Below, piece by piece: positions 36,660-50,400 of a DNA stretch of 64,000 nt. The notes below the pieces were generated by a model. The model made no database searches, was not told the origin of the DNA, and saw nothing but the letters and a program-made list of their open reading frames with translations. How positions within the stretch are numbered: position 1 is the first letter of the stretch; the number at the start of each line of letters is the position of its first letter. The translations under genes were made by a program, and so were the position numbers. Location of the stretch: the NCBI GenBank assembly GCA_002189035.1, contig NEEC01000007.1, positions 2,604,001 to 2,668,000 of the forward strand. The letters are read 5' to 3'. The stretch comes from Utricularia gibba (lineage: Eukaryota > Plantae > Magnoliophyta).

Positions 36660-36835
36660 CATAGACTGGGATAGAAGTGGGTTACGTCCGTTCAGGTTTA
36701 GATTAGGTTCCAACGGATGGATGACACTACAGTTTAGGTTAGGTTCACCATAATTGAAACTGTGGAACTAACAGTTCCAACTCGTGTGTGAATCGTATTG
36801 TTTATGGTTCAGAACCTTAAACCATGCGGTTCTGA
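36660..36835. mobile_element. Decayed hAT-like MITE remnant (GGTTC/GAACC sub-repeats)
   Basis: Repeated GGTTC/AACC motifs; no TSD confirmed. Confidence 0.3.
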
Positions 36836-36879
36836 TTTAAAAAAAAAATTAAACAATTAAAAATAAATTACAAACAATT

Positions 36880-37030
36880 AAAAAAAATTTAAAAAAATTA
36901 AAAAAATTTAAAAAAATTTAAAAAAATTTAAAAAAATTTAAAAAAATTTAAAAAAATTTAAAAAAATTTAAAAAAATTAAAAAAATTTAAAAAAAATTTA
37001 AAAATTTTAAAGAAATTTAAAAAAATTAAA
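36880..37030. repeat. (A7T3)n minisatellite, about 15 units
   Basis: Visible 10-bp periodicity AAAAAAATTT. Confidence 0.9.
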
Positions 37031-37259
37031 ATTAAAATAAAAAAATGTAAATTATTTTTTACATTTTTCTCAGTTATGCATACAAAGGAAGTGGTTGCCT
37101 GAAAAATCTTCTCAAACACTGATGAGGCTGTGAAAAAAAATCAAACCTTATCCTCAAGTTCAACTGAAGATGAAGTTGAAAACTCCTAATTTGGAAACAT
37201 TTAGTGTTTCATGAAATAATATTAATTTGTAAAAAAATGTTGTATTCATGTTTTTAATT

Positions 37260-37760
37260 AAAAGTGGGTGCCTTGAATTTGGTCGCAGACTCGCAAACAT
37301 CCTCCCGAGGCACCCACATGAGGGAAGATGGTGTCTGGAAAAGAGTCTCAAATACTCCTTCCCAGGCACCCATATAACAGAAGTGGGTGACTGGAAATCA
37401 TTCTTTCCAGACACCAATACAATGCATTATTTTGTAGGTGCCGTCCAACTCTCTTTCCTGGACACCCTCTTAAGGCACCCATATGAGGGAAGAGGGTGTC
37501 TGGAAAAGAGTCTCAAATACTCATTCCTAAGCACCCATATAACAGAAGTGGGTGCCTAAAAATCACTCTTCCCAGACACCTACACAATGCAATATTTTGT
37601 AGGTGCCGTCCAACTATCTTTCTTGTACACTCTCGAGAGGCACTCAAATGAGGGAATAGGGTGTCTGGAAAACTGTCTCAAATATTCCTTCCCAAGCACT
37701 CATATAACAGTTGTAGGTACCTGGAAATGGCCTGACCCACTTTTTCTAGACATCCACACA
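37260..37760. repeat. 165-bp tandem array (about 3 units) with inverted sub-motifs
   Basis: GTGTCTGGAA at 37331, 37496 and 37661 (period 165); units also contain TTCCAGACACC and GGTGCC/GGCACC in both orientations. Confidence 0.85.
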
Positions 37761-38412
37761 AGCCCATGTAAGTGCTTGGAAAAGGATATCTGACTCTCTT
37801 TCCAGACACTCACACGAGGCAATGTGGGTGTCTGGAAAATGGTATAAGTAATAGATAAATATTGCTTATTTATTGAAATTGATTTGTAGTAATTAGGATA
37901 TATAAAATCATTTCATTTTCAGATTTTTATATTCCAATTAATGCACCAACAAATTTTTATATTTATGAAAATTAAGAATACTTTCAAAGATTGCGCAGTC
38001 TCCAAATTTCGGGTACGGATGCCTAATTTTGCATTTCTTGTGCCAGTCGCCCACATTAGTGATTCTGGGTGCCTCAAAATTGGAGTATTTATTAAACGAT
38101 GGGTTCGCATCGATTCAAACAAGCGGCACACACTTTGTCTAACAACAACGAAAGCTATTACCGACAACCTACGAAAGTAGGGATATCATTGCACGTAATC
38201 ATTAGTTTATGATTTGGTATATTAAACCAAATCCCCAAGCACCCATACACAGCGCTACACATCACCACCTCACTCCCCACGTTGTCAATTAAGACAACCC
38301 TAAAAAGATATATAAATGAAGACATCATCCCGAAGTCTGCTCAAATTCGATGTAAGTCTTGTTAATGTACATTATTTTTCCAATATGTTATTTTACTTAT
38401 TTATTTAACACT

Positions 38413-39202
38413 ATGACAGCACTTCAAAACATTCATGGTGTTGTTGAGTGGCGGTTTGCACCAACATCAAAGCGAAATCGTCATCAGCTTGTTGTTTATG
38501 AACAACACATTCCGCTAAACATCGATAGCAATGAACAACAGGTAAATAAAGTAGGAATATTATTTAAATTTTTAATTTTCTCTTCAAATAAATAAGGTTT
38601 GCAATATAAAAAATTTTTTGTGTAGGAGAATTCTGAACAAGAAAATGGAGATGAGGAGAATGAAGTGTATATTCATGAGGAGGATGAATTGTATATTAAT
38701 GAGGACCTCTCGGTTGCACGTAAACATGACAACAAACTCATTTTAAACCAATATAAACACATTCAACGGATGGAAAATGAGTTTATAAAAATTGAACTTA
38801 TTTTGCTAATACATGTGATAGTTGTTTTTTTTATGTTTTCTAATTTAGTTTTTTTTTATTCTTTAGATAACAGATATGAAGTTTCAGATTCAGAAAAACA
38901 AAAATAGAATGGATGATTTGGTAGTACATCAATCTGTATACAAGGTTGAATTGAAGATGAAAGGCGATGAATTGATTGCTGGACAACAAAAATTTATCAA
39001 CTTTCAATTGGAAATAATAAAGCTGAATGAAAAAATACAGGTGTTAGAGGAATAATTACAACTTCATAGATTGCAAGATCAATTGAATGAAAACGATGTT
39101 ATAGCAATGGCTCAACAAAGAGACATACCTTCTACAAGTGCGGGCACAAGCAAAGATAAAGGAAAAGGTAGAGGCAGATCCAAAGGAAGTGGAAGAAAAT
39201 GA
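38413..39202 (+). pseudogene. Orphan 3-exon gene (acidic region, coiled coil, basic tail), probably a transposon accessory gene; one internal stop
   Basis: Exons 38413-38541, 38626-~38781 and 38867-39202 with phase-0 acceptors. TAA at 39053-39055. Ends STSAGTSKDKGKGRGRSKGSGRK*. TATA-like TATATAAA near 38309 and a GTAAGT leader donor at 38351. Confidence 0.55.
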
Positions 39203-40049
39203 AAAGAGTTATTAACAATGTTGTGTTTTTTTTTTCAAAAGATTTGACTTATTTTGTAGCATTATATTTCAATCGTGACAATCTAATTATTTCGCAAATG
39301 TCGCTTGATTTTCTAATAACTAATTGACATTTTTTATGAAAATTATAAAATTAAACATAAAAGCAAATATACAAATTACAAAATAGATAACAACAATATT
39401 TGTTTTTTCTAGTAAAATTGAATTATTTTGTATTATTATGGCTGGCTCCTACCAAAGTACTTATTTAGTAGTTGCCGTTACTAGAAAATTATTTCGTATC
39501 ATTTTTGTATACGTACTACGAAATCCTCTAATGCGTAGATATCGCTTCAAATTTTTAATAACTGAATCATGTTTTTTTTATTAATTATAAAATTGAACAT
39601 AAAAAACAATCATACGAATTACAAAATGGACGATAACAATATTTATTAATTTTTAGTGAAATTAACTTCTTTTGTATTATATTATATATTGAACATATAT
39701 CAAATTATTTATTATATATTGAACTTATATCAAATTTATTTATTTCAATTATTATATTAAACTCTCAACAAATTACTTATTTTACAGATGATGTTAATAT
39801 AATATTGTTGTGTTTCATTTTTATATGAAACTGTAAGACTAAGTTATTTAAATGTATTCATTCTTTAATAATAAAAAAATATTTTCTCAGAAATATTAAA
39901 GATTTAAACTAAAAATAATTTATTAAAAATATAGTTGAAAAAATAATTTTTCGTATATATATATTAATTTTATTTAAAATAAAAATCAATTCTTTAAATA
40001 TTTAATATTTATTAAAAATTTAAGTTACACACACTTATAAAGATTCATA

Positions 40050-40283
40050 TAGGTTCATGGAAAGCACATACGAACAGTAACCGCGGTTCTGGTTATCGTT
40101 CACTTTCATAAATCTCGGTTTCGGTTTTGAACCGAAACCGTCCGTACAGTTCCGGTTTCGATTCGGTTCAAGCCTTCCGGATACAGTTTCAAACCAAAAC
40201 CGGAACTGTTGCCCACGGCAAACCACGATTTTGGAACCGACGGTTCGCTGGAACCAAACGGTTCGGAACCGAACGCACCTCTA
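40050..40283. mobile_element. Truncated hAT-type MITE (GGTTC/GAACCG sub-repeats, end ...GCACCTCTA)
   Basis: Dense inverted AACCG/CGGTT repeats and a hAT-like right terminus; left TIR missing. Confidence 0.55.
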
Positions 40284-40433
40284 GATTGGGAGGTACCTTC
40301 ATTTCGGCGTCATTTGGTGCTCATTTATTGGCGTTTGGCGGGATGCACGGCATATTGCATTATAAAATAAATCAGATAATAAAATTTATTTTTTAAAATA
40401 TTTTAAAATGTAAGGAAATTCACTTTTAATTTA

Positions 40434-41143
40434 TTATAAAAAGTAAAATGAGTAAATAGTAATGTGAGGGTGAGGGAGAGAGAGACTTCCGATACGTATC
40501 GCTGTTACCGGCCGGAAATTCGGACGAATTTCAAGATCTACTGATGCTGGCCGCCGGAGCACACCGTCAACCCATCCTTTCACGCTTCTGTCGCCGGGGG
40601 CTAAGGCTGCTGGATATCTAATCCGTAAGATCGATGGACAGAGCATCTAATTCGGAACCAAATCGTCTCATCTCCATGGGAATCTGCAATGTTTGTGATC
40701 TAAATCGAGACGCAGATCCGTCAATCGAACAAATCGAATCAGAAATTGGAATTGATTAGGGTCGGAAATTGGGATAACTAGGCTCGGCAGACAGTGAGCG
40801 CCGTGCGTCTGCGAAATTGTGATTTTCGTTTGAGTTCGTGCTTGAAGAGGTAATCGTCGAAGACGAACGGACGATGCTGTACGGCAGATGCCGGAGGAGT
40901 CGTAGCAGGCGCCCCCGCGTTGCATGGGTAAGCAATCGGCTCTGCCAACGGTGCAGCCCCAGACGATCGCTGACTGGAGAGTGACATCATCGGCGTTGTT
41001 CTAAGCCCTCCTTCCGCTGCCGCTGGGTAAACGAGCGCCAGAAGAAGAGGAAAAAGCAACCACCGGCGAAGGAGTGAGCAGAGTAGAGATCCTATTCACT
41101 ACGGAGGTAATCCACTGAACGAGGAAAAAAACTGACAGCCCAT
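40434..41143 (-). pseudogene. PDCB5: PDCB5-like X8-domain (plasmodesmata callose-binding) pseudogene
   Basis: MGCQ|ISTLL...GRRA*NNADDVTLQSAIVWGCTVGRADCLPMQRGGACYD...TAS / FVFDDYLFKH...TALT, HKHCRFP, RPASVDL. TAG at 41001-41003, loss of the WCV motif and a frameshift inside X8. Confidence 0.72.
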
Positions 41144-41373
41144 GAAGTGACGGAGTTGCCGTCAGAAGATGTAGTACACGCAGCTGACACGTCTAGTTAA
41201 AATCCATAGTCTTGCTGAAAGCAGAACAGAAGCATTGCAGTGTACCTTGAATGCGAGCAAATGGGAACAAGTCTACACTCAACCACAGGCGGCCCGGAAG
41301 ACAGCTACAGAAAGGGTGGACGTATCGAATGAGTTCGGAGATGGTCCGCAGGCGCCCGAGGGTGGGTGATTGA

Positions 41374-43173
41374 TCAGTCACGCTCGCTGATGGCTGTCAG
41401 GTGTTCGTCGATTTCATCGGTCGATAGAACTTTGAAAGTAGGATCATCCTTCCTCACGACGCCAACCTGAACATGATGACCAAATGGTTTGGATGAATGC
41501 CACACCGGTGAAAAAGGAGAGTAATGCGACAGGGACCAAGTACCTCAATTTCACTGGCCTTGAAATCCTCTTGTAAAACTGATTGCAATGCTGATATTGC
41601 TGTCTGAAATTAGGAAATTGTGATTCAACTAAGAGTGTAAAACAGCAGACATTACCATCTAACATTCACGGGTTCAGTGAAGGAACAGAGATTGGTGGTG
41701 CATTCTTGCTCAAGCATAATGAACAGCACATTACTTCATTAAATCTCACCTGCACCGTTTCCTCGTATGTGAATGCAGGATCATTTTTCATCTTCTTCTC
41801 CAAGAAGTTGATGGCCTCTTGGTCTTTTGACCCAGCACTTGTGGCCTACAAGAGAGTAATTCACATGAAGTTGACATAAAAACAAAAAAAGCTACTGCCA
41901 GCTACAAAAGCTCTCTTTTCTACACATGTGGTATATTTCTGCTTTGTTTAAGTTAATTGAAGTTGATAACAAGGATCAGCTGGGAAAAAAGTTGTGTAGA
42001 AAGACTGCCTCCTGATTACCTTATGGCCAAAAAAATGACCCGCAGGATCACACTTGAAGAGCTGAGGCCCTTTCTCCTCATCAATGCCAAGGACCATAGC
42101 AACTTTATGGAGACAGAGTCAAATTTGGGACATCTGGAGAAAATAATGCAAATACAGCCACCCCGTATCTGGGGAAAATTGCAACTAACCTATGCCAAGT
42201 GGCCTCATGTAAGCATGCTGCGTGTAAACCTGGGATTTATCTGCAATCCTGAACATGAGAATGGAAGCATCATGTAACAATGGCATTGCTCTTTCTAGAA
42301 TGGGTTTGGTTTCATGCATTTTGCATTGTGGTAAGATTCTAAGCTTACCATCTCGCCAACACATCAACAGGCATCTCATAACCATATCTAAAACGGAACT
42401 CAGCTGCTTCATTCCTCGCTTGCTGAACTAAGGTCCTTGCATCAGCTAGAATCAAGAACAAAATGAAGGTCAACTATACACGATCTTAATCTGATCTTTG
42501 ACATCCTACAACAGTCCTATGCATATAAAGACAGAACAAAAGCTCTCATCTTCCATCATCCACAAAAATAGCAGCTACATTCAACATGCAAAAGAAAAGT
42601 CATACTAAATAACCATACCCGTCATGCCTGTAGCCAGCAAACCAAGGTATTTAGTAATTCGAAACAAATGGGAAACGCTGGTTTGATCCAAAAGCTTGTC
42701 CTGTCAACAAATAACCGAATCCGGCACGCCAAGCACAGAAGAATTAAAATCCCATCATAAGGATAGTCCTAAATATCAAACGCAGTAAGCAACAACAGCT
42801 GGTAAACACCTACCGGGACTTTCTTCTGTGTAACAACACAGACTGAATCCGCCCCGCGTACCCCAATCGAGGTGATTCCAGCAGCCTTAACCGCCTTGAA
42901 AGCATATTCTGCATCAATCAACCAAAAGTAACGCTAACCCTAATTTCGCCAGGAAACCCACATTGCCAGCAAATTAACGGCCACCAAACAGACGTAAAGC
43001 AGCAGCCCACCACAAAAATTAAACAACAAACCAAAAATCATCGCACTAATTAGGGAATGATTGGGAAAGCAGGATCAACTGACGGCAAAATCCTTACCCA
43101 CTTGATAGAGACGACCTTCAGGTGAAAAGATCGTTATGTGCCGATCGTAGCCACCTCCGCTCCCTCGACTCAT
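41374..43173 (-). CDS. PAA1: Proteasome subunit alpha type-6, multi-exon
   Basis: [25 protein letters not shown]|EYAFKAVK...[18 protein letters not shown]...[12 protein letters not shown]|[18 protein letters not shown]...[12 protein letters not shown]. Confidence 0.96.
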
Positions 43174-43340
43174 CCTTAAAATCTCCCGTAACAAAAACTC
43201 TCGCCTTTCACCCGCGGGACACCGACCTCTTAACGGAGGAAGAAGCTTTACGCCCAAGTCAGGAAGGCGGAGGGGAGAAAATTGAAAAAAAAGTGATTTT
43301 AAAAAATAAAAACTTAAAAAAAAAAACTAAAAAAGAAAGA

Positions 43341-43388
43341 TGCCCAATATAGCCCACGACCTACGTGACCTAAGGCCCATTAGCCCAT
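43341..43388. promoter_or_regulatory. Cluster of four GCCCA/TGGGC (site II / PRCE-type) motifs in the PAA-RLT divergent promoter
   Basis: GCCCA at 43342, 43352, 43375 and 43383. Confidence 0.6.
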
Positions 43389-44497
43389 CAAGACTGTAGC
43401 TTTAATTTTCTCCTTTTTCTATAAAAATAATATTATTCCAAAGTTATTATGAGCTCTTTAATTATTTATTTTTGGGTTTTTTGATAAAATAACTTATCTG
43501 TACACTTTCGCGGGAGAAAAAGAACGCTCATTCGCGAGAGAGGCGCGTGGTGGTCAATTCACCAGCACCCCGCGCGCGTGTCATGCCACCGCACGTGGAG
43601 AAATCTGATTCAATAGGACCCGAACCGAACCCGACATCGAATCGTACAGAAACTAACGGAAAAGCGAATCATTGAAAATGACGTGACGGCAATGGCGGTC
43701 CGAGGTGATTGATAGCTGGGGAGCTCATGCGGGGCCGGCGCTGGGCCTTCGACGGCGCTCCAGTTTCACTTCGAATCCCAAAACAGCATCTTGTTCCAGA
43801 GAGGAAGAAATATTTGATTTCAACGGGAAAAGGAAAAAAGGAAAAAGAAAACTGGTAGCAATAAAGAAAGGAAGAAATGATGAGTAGGAACGGAAAGGGA
43901 ATTAATTTCTTGGTTTCGCGTTTGTGGGTTTTCATCTGTTGGTTGTATTTTAGAAAAGCAAATGTACTACTGTTTACACTCGTTGGTTCAGAGCGAACAG
44001 CAGCGTAATCGCTACTTTAATGCGGGTGATTATTGTTCTTCTACTAGGCGTACTTCATCTTTTCTTTTTGTTTTTAGTATTCGTAGCTGCTGTCCTTATT
44101 GTATTTTATTGTGGGTTTTCTCTAGATCTTCACCGCACATCTTTGTCAAAGTTGAAGAGGATTCTCGGCTGTGAGCCAACAATCCATAGATTATGTAGAG
44201 AGAGAAAGGAAATTGGAAATTGCTCACACTACACTCTCCTTTTTATTCTTTGTGGTTTCTTTTCGGTGTTGTGTTAGTCAGAGAGAGGGGGCGGACGTAA
44301 TGGCCCTTTTTAGCTAATTTCGCAAGCCCTAGTTCCTTTTTTTTTGAGTTTGGGAGATGGGTTTTGGAATTCTTGCCTTTCTGCTGTGCAGGAGTGGGCT
44401 TCGGATTTATGATGTTTTTGTGCTAAAATTTTGTTTTGTAACTTGCTTTTCCTTTAGTTTGGGAGGGGGTGTTTGATTGCTAACTTAGGGGAGTGAA

Positions 44498-47400
44498 ATG
44501 GAAGTTGTCAGTGGGACAATAGGAGAAACTGGTGATCGGGATGGTGGCGGCATTGATGGTACTGAAAATGTGGAGGTGCAGAGAAAGGATACTCCTGAGA
44601 GAGAGCCCAAGGTGAAGCGAAAAATGAAGACTCCAACCCAATTGGAGCTTCTTGAGAAAACATATGCTGGTAAACTTTTGTGTTTTACTCAAGATTCGGA
44701 TTATCGTCTTCTGTGAAGGGTTGGTGGGTATGGGCGTTGCATAGGATTAGGCGTTACTTTCTTATTCGTTGTTCTGATTCATAATTATAATTGAATTAAA
44801 TTTATTTTTTTGAAATTGTCTCCAGTGGAAGCTTATCCATCGGAGGCATTGAGAGCAGAGCTCTCTGTGAAATTAGGCCTATCCGACCGGCAGCTGCAGA
44901 TGTGGTTTTGTCATCGAAGGCTAAAAGACAGAAAACCGCCAAAGGAAAAACAGAGAAAGAAGGCTCCTTCCAACTCTGCAGTTGAAGCACACAGTGGTGG
45001 GAGTGCACCTGAAATTGCAGTTAAAAATGCTGTTGTACCAAATGACTTTAGCGCTGGTTTATTCCTTTTTGAAAATGTGGACCTCCAGAATCAGCAGCGA
45101 TTGCATCGAGTTGTTCATAATGTTGGGGCTCCTGTTCCCAAATATGAGCCACCTCTGGCAATATCAGAACAGAGAGCAATTAGATATGTTGAGGCACAGT
45201 TAGGGGAACAGTTGAGGGAAGATGGCCCAATTTTAGGGATGGAGTTCGATCCACTACCCCCTGGTGCATTTGGTGCTCCTATTGGTAAAGATTTTAATGT
45301 ATATTTAAATTTTTCATTGCTTCTAGTTGTGCAATATTAGTTCTCTAGGGAGCTGCCATTTATGCTGATGAACTCATTTAGTTAACTGCGGTACTTTTAC
45401 AGTTATTTTCTTTCTTTACGTGACATTCAGCTTTTTCTCACAGTGTTTTAAGTGATCTGCAGATTTTGTTTTTAATTAATCTGACCATTCCTTGTTTCCA
45501 GTTCCATCAGAGAATAAGAATTCTTCTGGCAGGCCGTATGATGCTCAACCAATTCAGGTTACTCTTCTGTTCAATATCTTTCTCAGCTTCATGTCATCCT
45601 GCGCGGTTATCATCTCACATTGATATATCTGTAATCAACACCTTAATTTTTCTGTCGTAATCCCTTTTCATCTTATAAAAAGTGGTTAGAATTAGATGTG
45701 TGAATCTATGTGACAAGTGCGTGACTTCAAAAAAAGAAAAAAGTGACCGCTTGTGCTTTGTGAGAGAAGATGTAATTGTTTTCTGATAGGGAAGCTAACA
45801 TCTGGCTTATCAGGCTGCCTCCAGAGCTGTGCACGAGTTTCAATTTCTTCCAGAGAAGCCAGTAGCCGGAAATGATCTCCATGAGAGATTTTCATCTCCA
45901 CAGATTTATCACTCATCGATTGATGTTGCAAGTGCTCGATTTTCATTACAAAGTGGGGCGTCCTTTTCACATTGCAATGATCAAGTTCCTTCAGGATTTA
46001 TTGTCAGCCAATTACAAATACCCAAGATCAGTGGTTTGGCTCAGCATCTTGATACTGTTCTTACAGTAGCCCCTGCTGTAAGTACTGGTATTGGTTCTCC
46101 TCATCCAATACATTCTGTCACTGGGGCTGATGTTCAGATCACTACACCAGAGAAGCACATGGTCCGTGATTCTGAGCGGTCAGAGAGGAAACGGAAGGTA
46201 AAATTTATCTTTATGTCACTTCTGTTCTCTAGCCTGCTCTTGTTTACTTGTCCATATCATTTATCCAGATGAAAACAATGTTCTGTCTGATGGCTCACTA
46301 CATCTCTATTCTGTTTGTGCGTGTGGATGGCTTTTAATGAAACTGCTGCGTTTTCAGGAATTGTATTTTCATAAATCTTCCATGCATCTTTGTATCCAGG
46401 CTGAAGTTGCTCGAATAGCCAAAGAAGTTGAATCGCATGAGAAAAGGATCAGAAAAGAGCTAGAGAAACAGAATTTGTTGATGAAAAAGGTATGCATTGC
46501 TTCCACCATTTTGTTGGGATCTAGTATATTTCTCTACCCGTTACCAGTTATTTTAACTTTGAGTAGGCATCGCTTAAAGATTATATTTTCCTGTTCTGTA
46601 GAGAGAAGAGCAGATGAAGAAAGAGATGGAAAGGCAGATTCGTGAGCAGCGGAAAGAAGAAGAGAAATTGCTGCGTGAAAAGCAGCGAGAAGAAGAGAGA
46701 TACCAGAGAGAGCAAAGACGTGAATTGGAAAGGCGGGAGAAATTTTTGCAGAAAGAGTACATAAGAGTTAGTTCAAATTTATTCATTGCCTAAAACATTT
46801 TTAAGATACATCAGGAGCATTTTTTTCTGTTTAGGCGGAGAAGAGGAGGCTCAAGGAAGAAATGCGCAGAGAAAAGGAAGCTGCAAAGCTGAAAGCTGCT
46901 AATGATAGAGCTGCTGCTCGCAGAGTTGCCAAGGAATCCATAGAATTGTTTGACGATGAAAGGTTGGAGCTGATGGAGCTTGCAGGGAAAACTTGGAATT
47001 TGCCTTTTTCTCTTGGCAGTCGGGATTTCGATGCCCTCAACTCGTATAAAGGTGGGAAGCTGCTTTTGATCTTTTGTTGCTTTTCGTTCCTTTTATCATA
47101 AAACATCATAAAACTGATCCCAAATCATATATATTTTTTTTTAGTTTCTCATCCTGAAAGCTCTTTGTTCGATTTTCTGTGATTTTTCTTTTTTAGATAA
47201 ACTAATGGAGTTTCCACCAAGGTCGGTGCCTCTGAAGAGACCCTTTCAGTCACAACCGTGGAGTGATTCTGAGGAGAATGTTGGTAACCTTCTAATGGTG
47301 AGATTACTTTCTTTATGTTTGTGCTGCTTTTTGTTGCATTGCATGGTTTCTACATGTTATTCATGTAACTGCGTTGGAATATGATAAGTCCATTCAAGAT

Positions 47401-50400
47401 TCGCTTTTTTCTTGCACCTCCTCTGCTGAAGTCTTTCCAATGGTTACATGTTCATAGCATTGCAAGTAGCTATTCCCTCTGTTTTTACTGTGCATTCAGG
47501 AGATACACATCAAATCTCATAATCCCGGGTATGTTGTGTTGGATAATCGGCCATCTGCTGCATTATGTGATATATTGGTTAATCTATAGAAATAATTCCA
47601 CACATTGTTGGGTGATATATTTAATTTCCTTTTTCCACTTTTCTCACCTTGAATTTAGGTTTGGAGATTCCTGATTGCTTTCGCTGATGTTCTTGGTCTG
47701 TGGCCGTTCACCCTAGATGAGTTTGTGCAATCATTGCATGACTTCGTAAGTCTAAAGCTGTGTTTCCTTTCTGCATCGCTTCATTTCATTCATTGATGTG
47801 GCTGATCCATTCTCTGGTCTCAGGATTCCAGGTTGTTAGGAGAGCTCCACATGGCCCTTTTGAGATGCATCATTAACGACATTGAAGAGGTTGCAAGAGC
47901 ATCAATTGCTTCAATGACAGCAAATCAAACTTCGGCTGCCATCTCTGCTGGTGGGCATCCAAAGATTGTGGAAGGGGTACGCTTTTAGCCATTTGTTTTA
48001 ACACGTGCAATGCCTTGAAAAGTTACTTACTCCTAGCACTTAGCAGGCTTATGCTTGGGGTTTGACTTGCTGAGTTGGCAGCGCCTCCTAACTCCATTAA
48101 CTTGGCCCGAAGTTTTGCGCCAGTTTGCTCTCTCAGCAGGTTTTGGGCCGAAGTTGAAGAAATCTAGTGCTAAATCTGCTTGTTTTGATGATGAGAACGA
48201 GGTATGGGACTTGATCATTATAAATAACGTGCATGGTTTCCATTGTATTTTCTGTGATGTCTGTTTTTTATTTGTGCAGGGTGACAATTGTGCGGATAAT
48301 ATATCAAACATACGAAGTGGAGCAGCTGCTGAGAATGCTTTTGCCATCATGCAAGAAAAAGGTTTTTCTAGACCTCGAAGATCCAGGCACCGGTTGACTC
48401 CAGGAACTGTGAAATTTGCAGCATTCCATGTACTTTCGGTGGAGGGGAGTACAGGACTTTCAATCCTGGAAGTTGCTGAAAAAATTCAGGTGGATTGGTT
48501 GTACTTTATCTACACCTTTTAACATATCGCTGACAAGTATCACCTTTTCTTCAAAGAGGTCTGGTCTTAGGGATCTGACAACGAGCAAAACGCCTGAAGC
48601 ATCAATTTCTGCTGCTTTGTCAAGGGATACAAAACTCTTTGAGAGAACAGCTCCTTCAACATACTGTGTACGCTCACCTTATCGAAAAGACCCATCTGAT
48701 GCAGAGCTGGTTCTGTCTGCTGCAAGGGAGAGAGTTCGATTATTCATGAATGGGAACACAGATGATGAAGTGGCAGAAGATGTTGAGAAGGATGAAGCTG
48801 AGAGGGATCCAGACTCAGAAAGTGATGTTGCTGATGATGCTGATGTTGATAATATTAGCTCTGGTGCAAAACTAGCAGGAGCTTCTTGTTCTAGGGAAAC
48901 AAACATGTATGAAAATGGCTTCGAATGTGCCGAGGATAATTGTCAGGAGCAATTATCAGGTTCTGTTACCGATGCCACTGGAGGTTCCAGCAGTAGATCA
49001 ACTTTGAAGCAGCCCATAGATACGATCACTCTCAATGGAGGACCAGCTGTTCAGCATCTGCAAAACACTGTGGCTGATGAGTGTGACTCTGGAGAGCATT
49101 GGGTCCGAGGGCTTACTGAAGGGGAGTATGGAACACTTTCAGTTGAAGAGCGTCTCAGTGCTCTGGTTGCCCTTGTTGAAACAGCAAATGAAGGAAATGC
49201 TGTCCGTATTGCTTTGGAGGTACAATTGAGTTCACTGAATAATGCACTGGTTTTTGCAGTATTATAATAATTTTTTGTCTTCTAGGATCGACTTGAGGCA
49301 GCAAATGCTCTAAAAAAGCAAATGTGGGCTGAGGCGCAACTTGATAAACGTCGATCAAAAGATGATCAGATGAGGTTGCCCTGCTCAACTATGGCAAGTG
49401 AAGGAGCAGAAAAAAATTTGGTTAGCGACTATGGGAGGAGCTCACAACTGAGAGTAGATACAAAATGTGATTCGCAGTTGGGATCTCCCAGAATGCCGCT
49501 TATAGATTTAAATGATCAGCAATGTGATGACATTTTTTTCAGCGACAGAATGGAAGCCAAGGAAGAATGCTCCTTTGTTAATGAAAACTTGTTTGAGCCT
49601 TCTGGATATGCCACAGAAAGGACACGATCAGATTTGAGAGTTCTGATTAATCACCAGGCTGAGGGGTGTACACATACCGGTCATTACCACTTGGACTAGA
49701 TCGCAGATATAACAGATATTGGCAGTTTATTGCATCTTCTTCTTGCAGTGATACTGGGTCAGGCAGGATATTTGTCGAGTTGTGCAACAATTCTTGGAGA
49801 ATGATTGATTCTGAAGAGGTTACTGAAATTTGTTTTTCTGTATTGTTGTGTGCATTACACAAAACTTTATTACTAATGAGGACTCGCATGCTACCCTGTG
49901 TAGGCTTTCCATGGTCTGTTATCTTCATTAGATGTCCGTGGGATCAGAGAGTCTCATCTGCATTCAATGCTGCGAAGCATTGAGCCATCTTTTAGGGACT
50001 CTGTTCGAAGAGGCCTGCTTCACTTCAATTCTGGTGCACAAATCCATCAAGAAACTAGAAAAAGTTTTCTTGAGGTAAGACAGCATTTTTACTAGTTCAG
50101 GTATCTCATAGAATGCAGCATCAACTTTATGTTCTTTTGTAAGGGGTTTTCTACATCACATACAATTGCAACTGAGCATGGAGGAACTGAAGCTACCGAT
50201 AAAATGGGTAAACATGAGGCGTTTGAATCATGGATGTGGAAGGAATGCTTCAACTGCAACACATTAGCTGCACTGAAGTATGGAACACTAAGGCGCCCAC
50301 GGTTGCTTGAAATTTGCAAGAGTTGCTATGCCTTGGTATGCCCATCTTTTGGCTGGGTATGCAGCTGTCCGGATAAAGGTTTTGATATCTCCAGCCATGA

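Noticed and set aside
37260-37760. Tandem array superficially like a CRISPR array
   Set aside because: Plant nuclear context; the units are whole-length repeats with no unique spacers and no cas genes.
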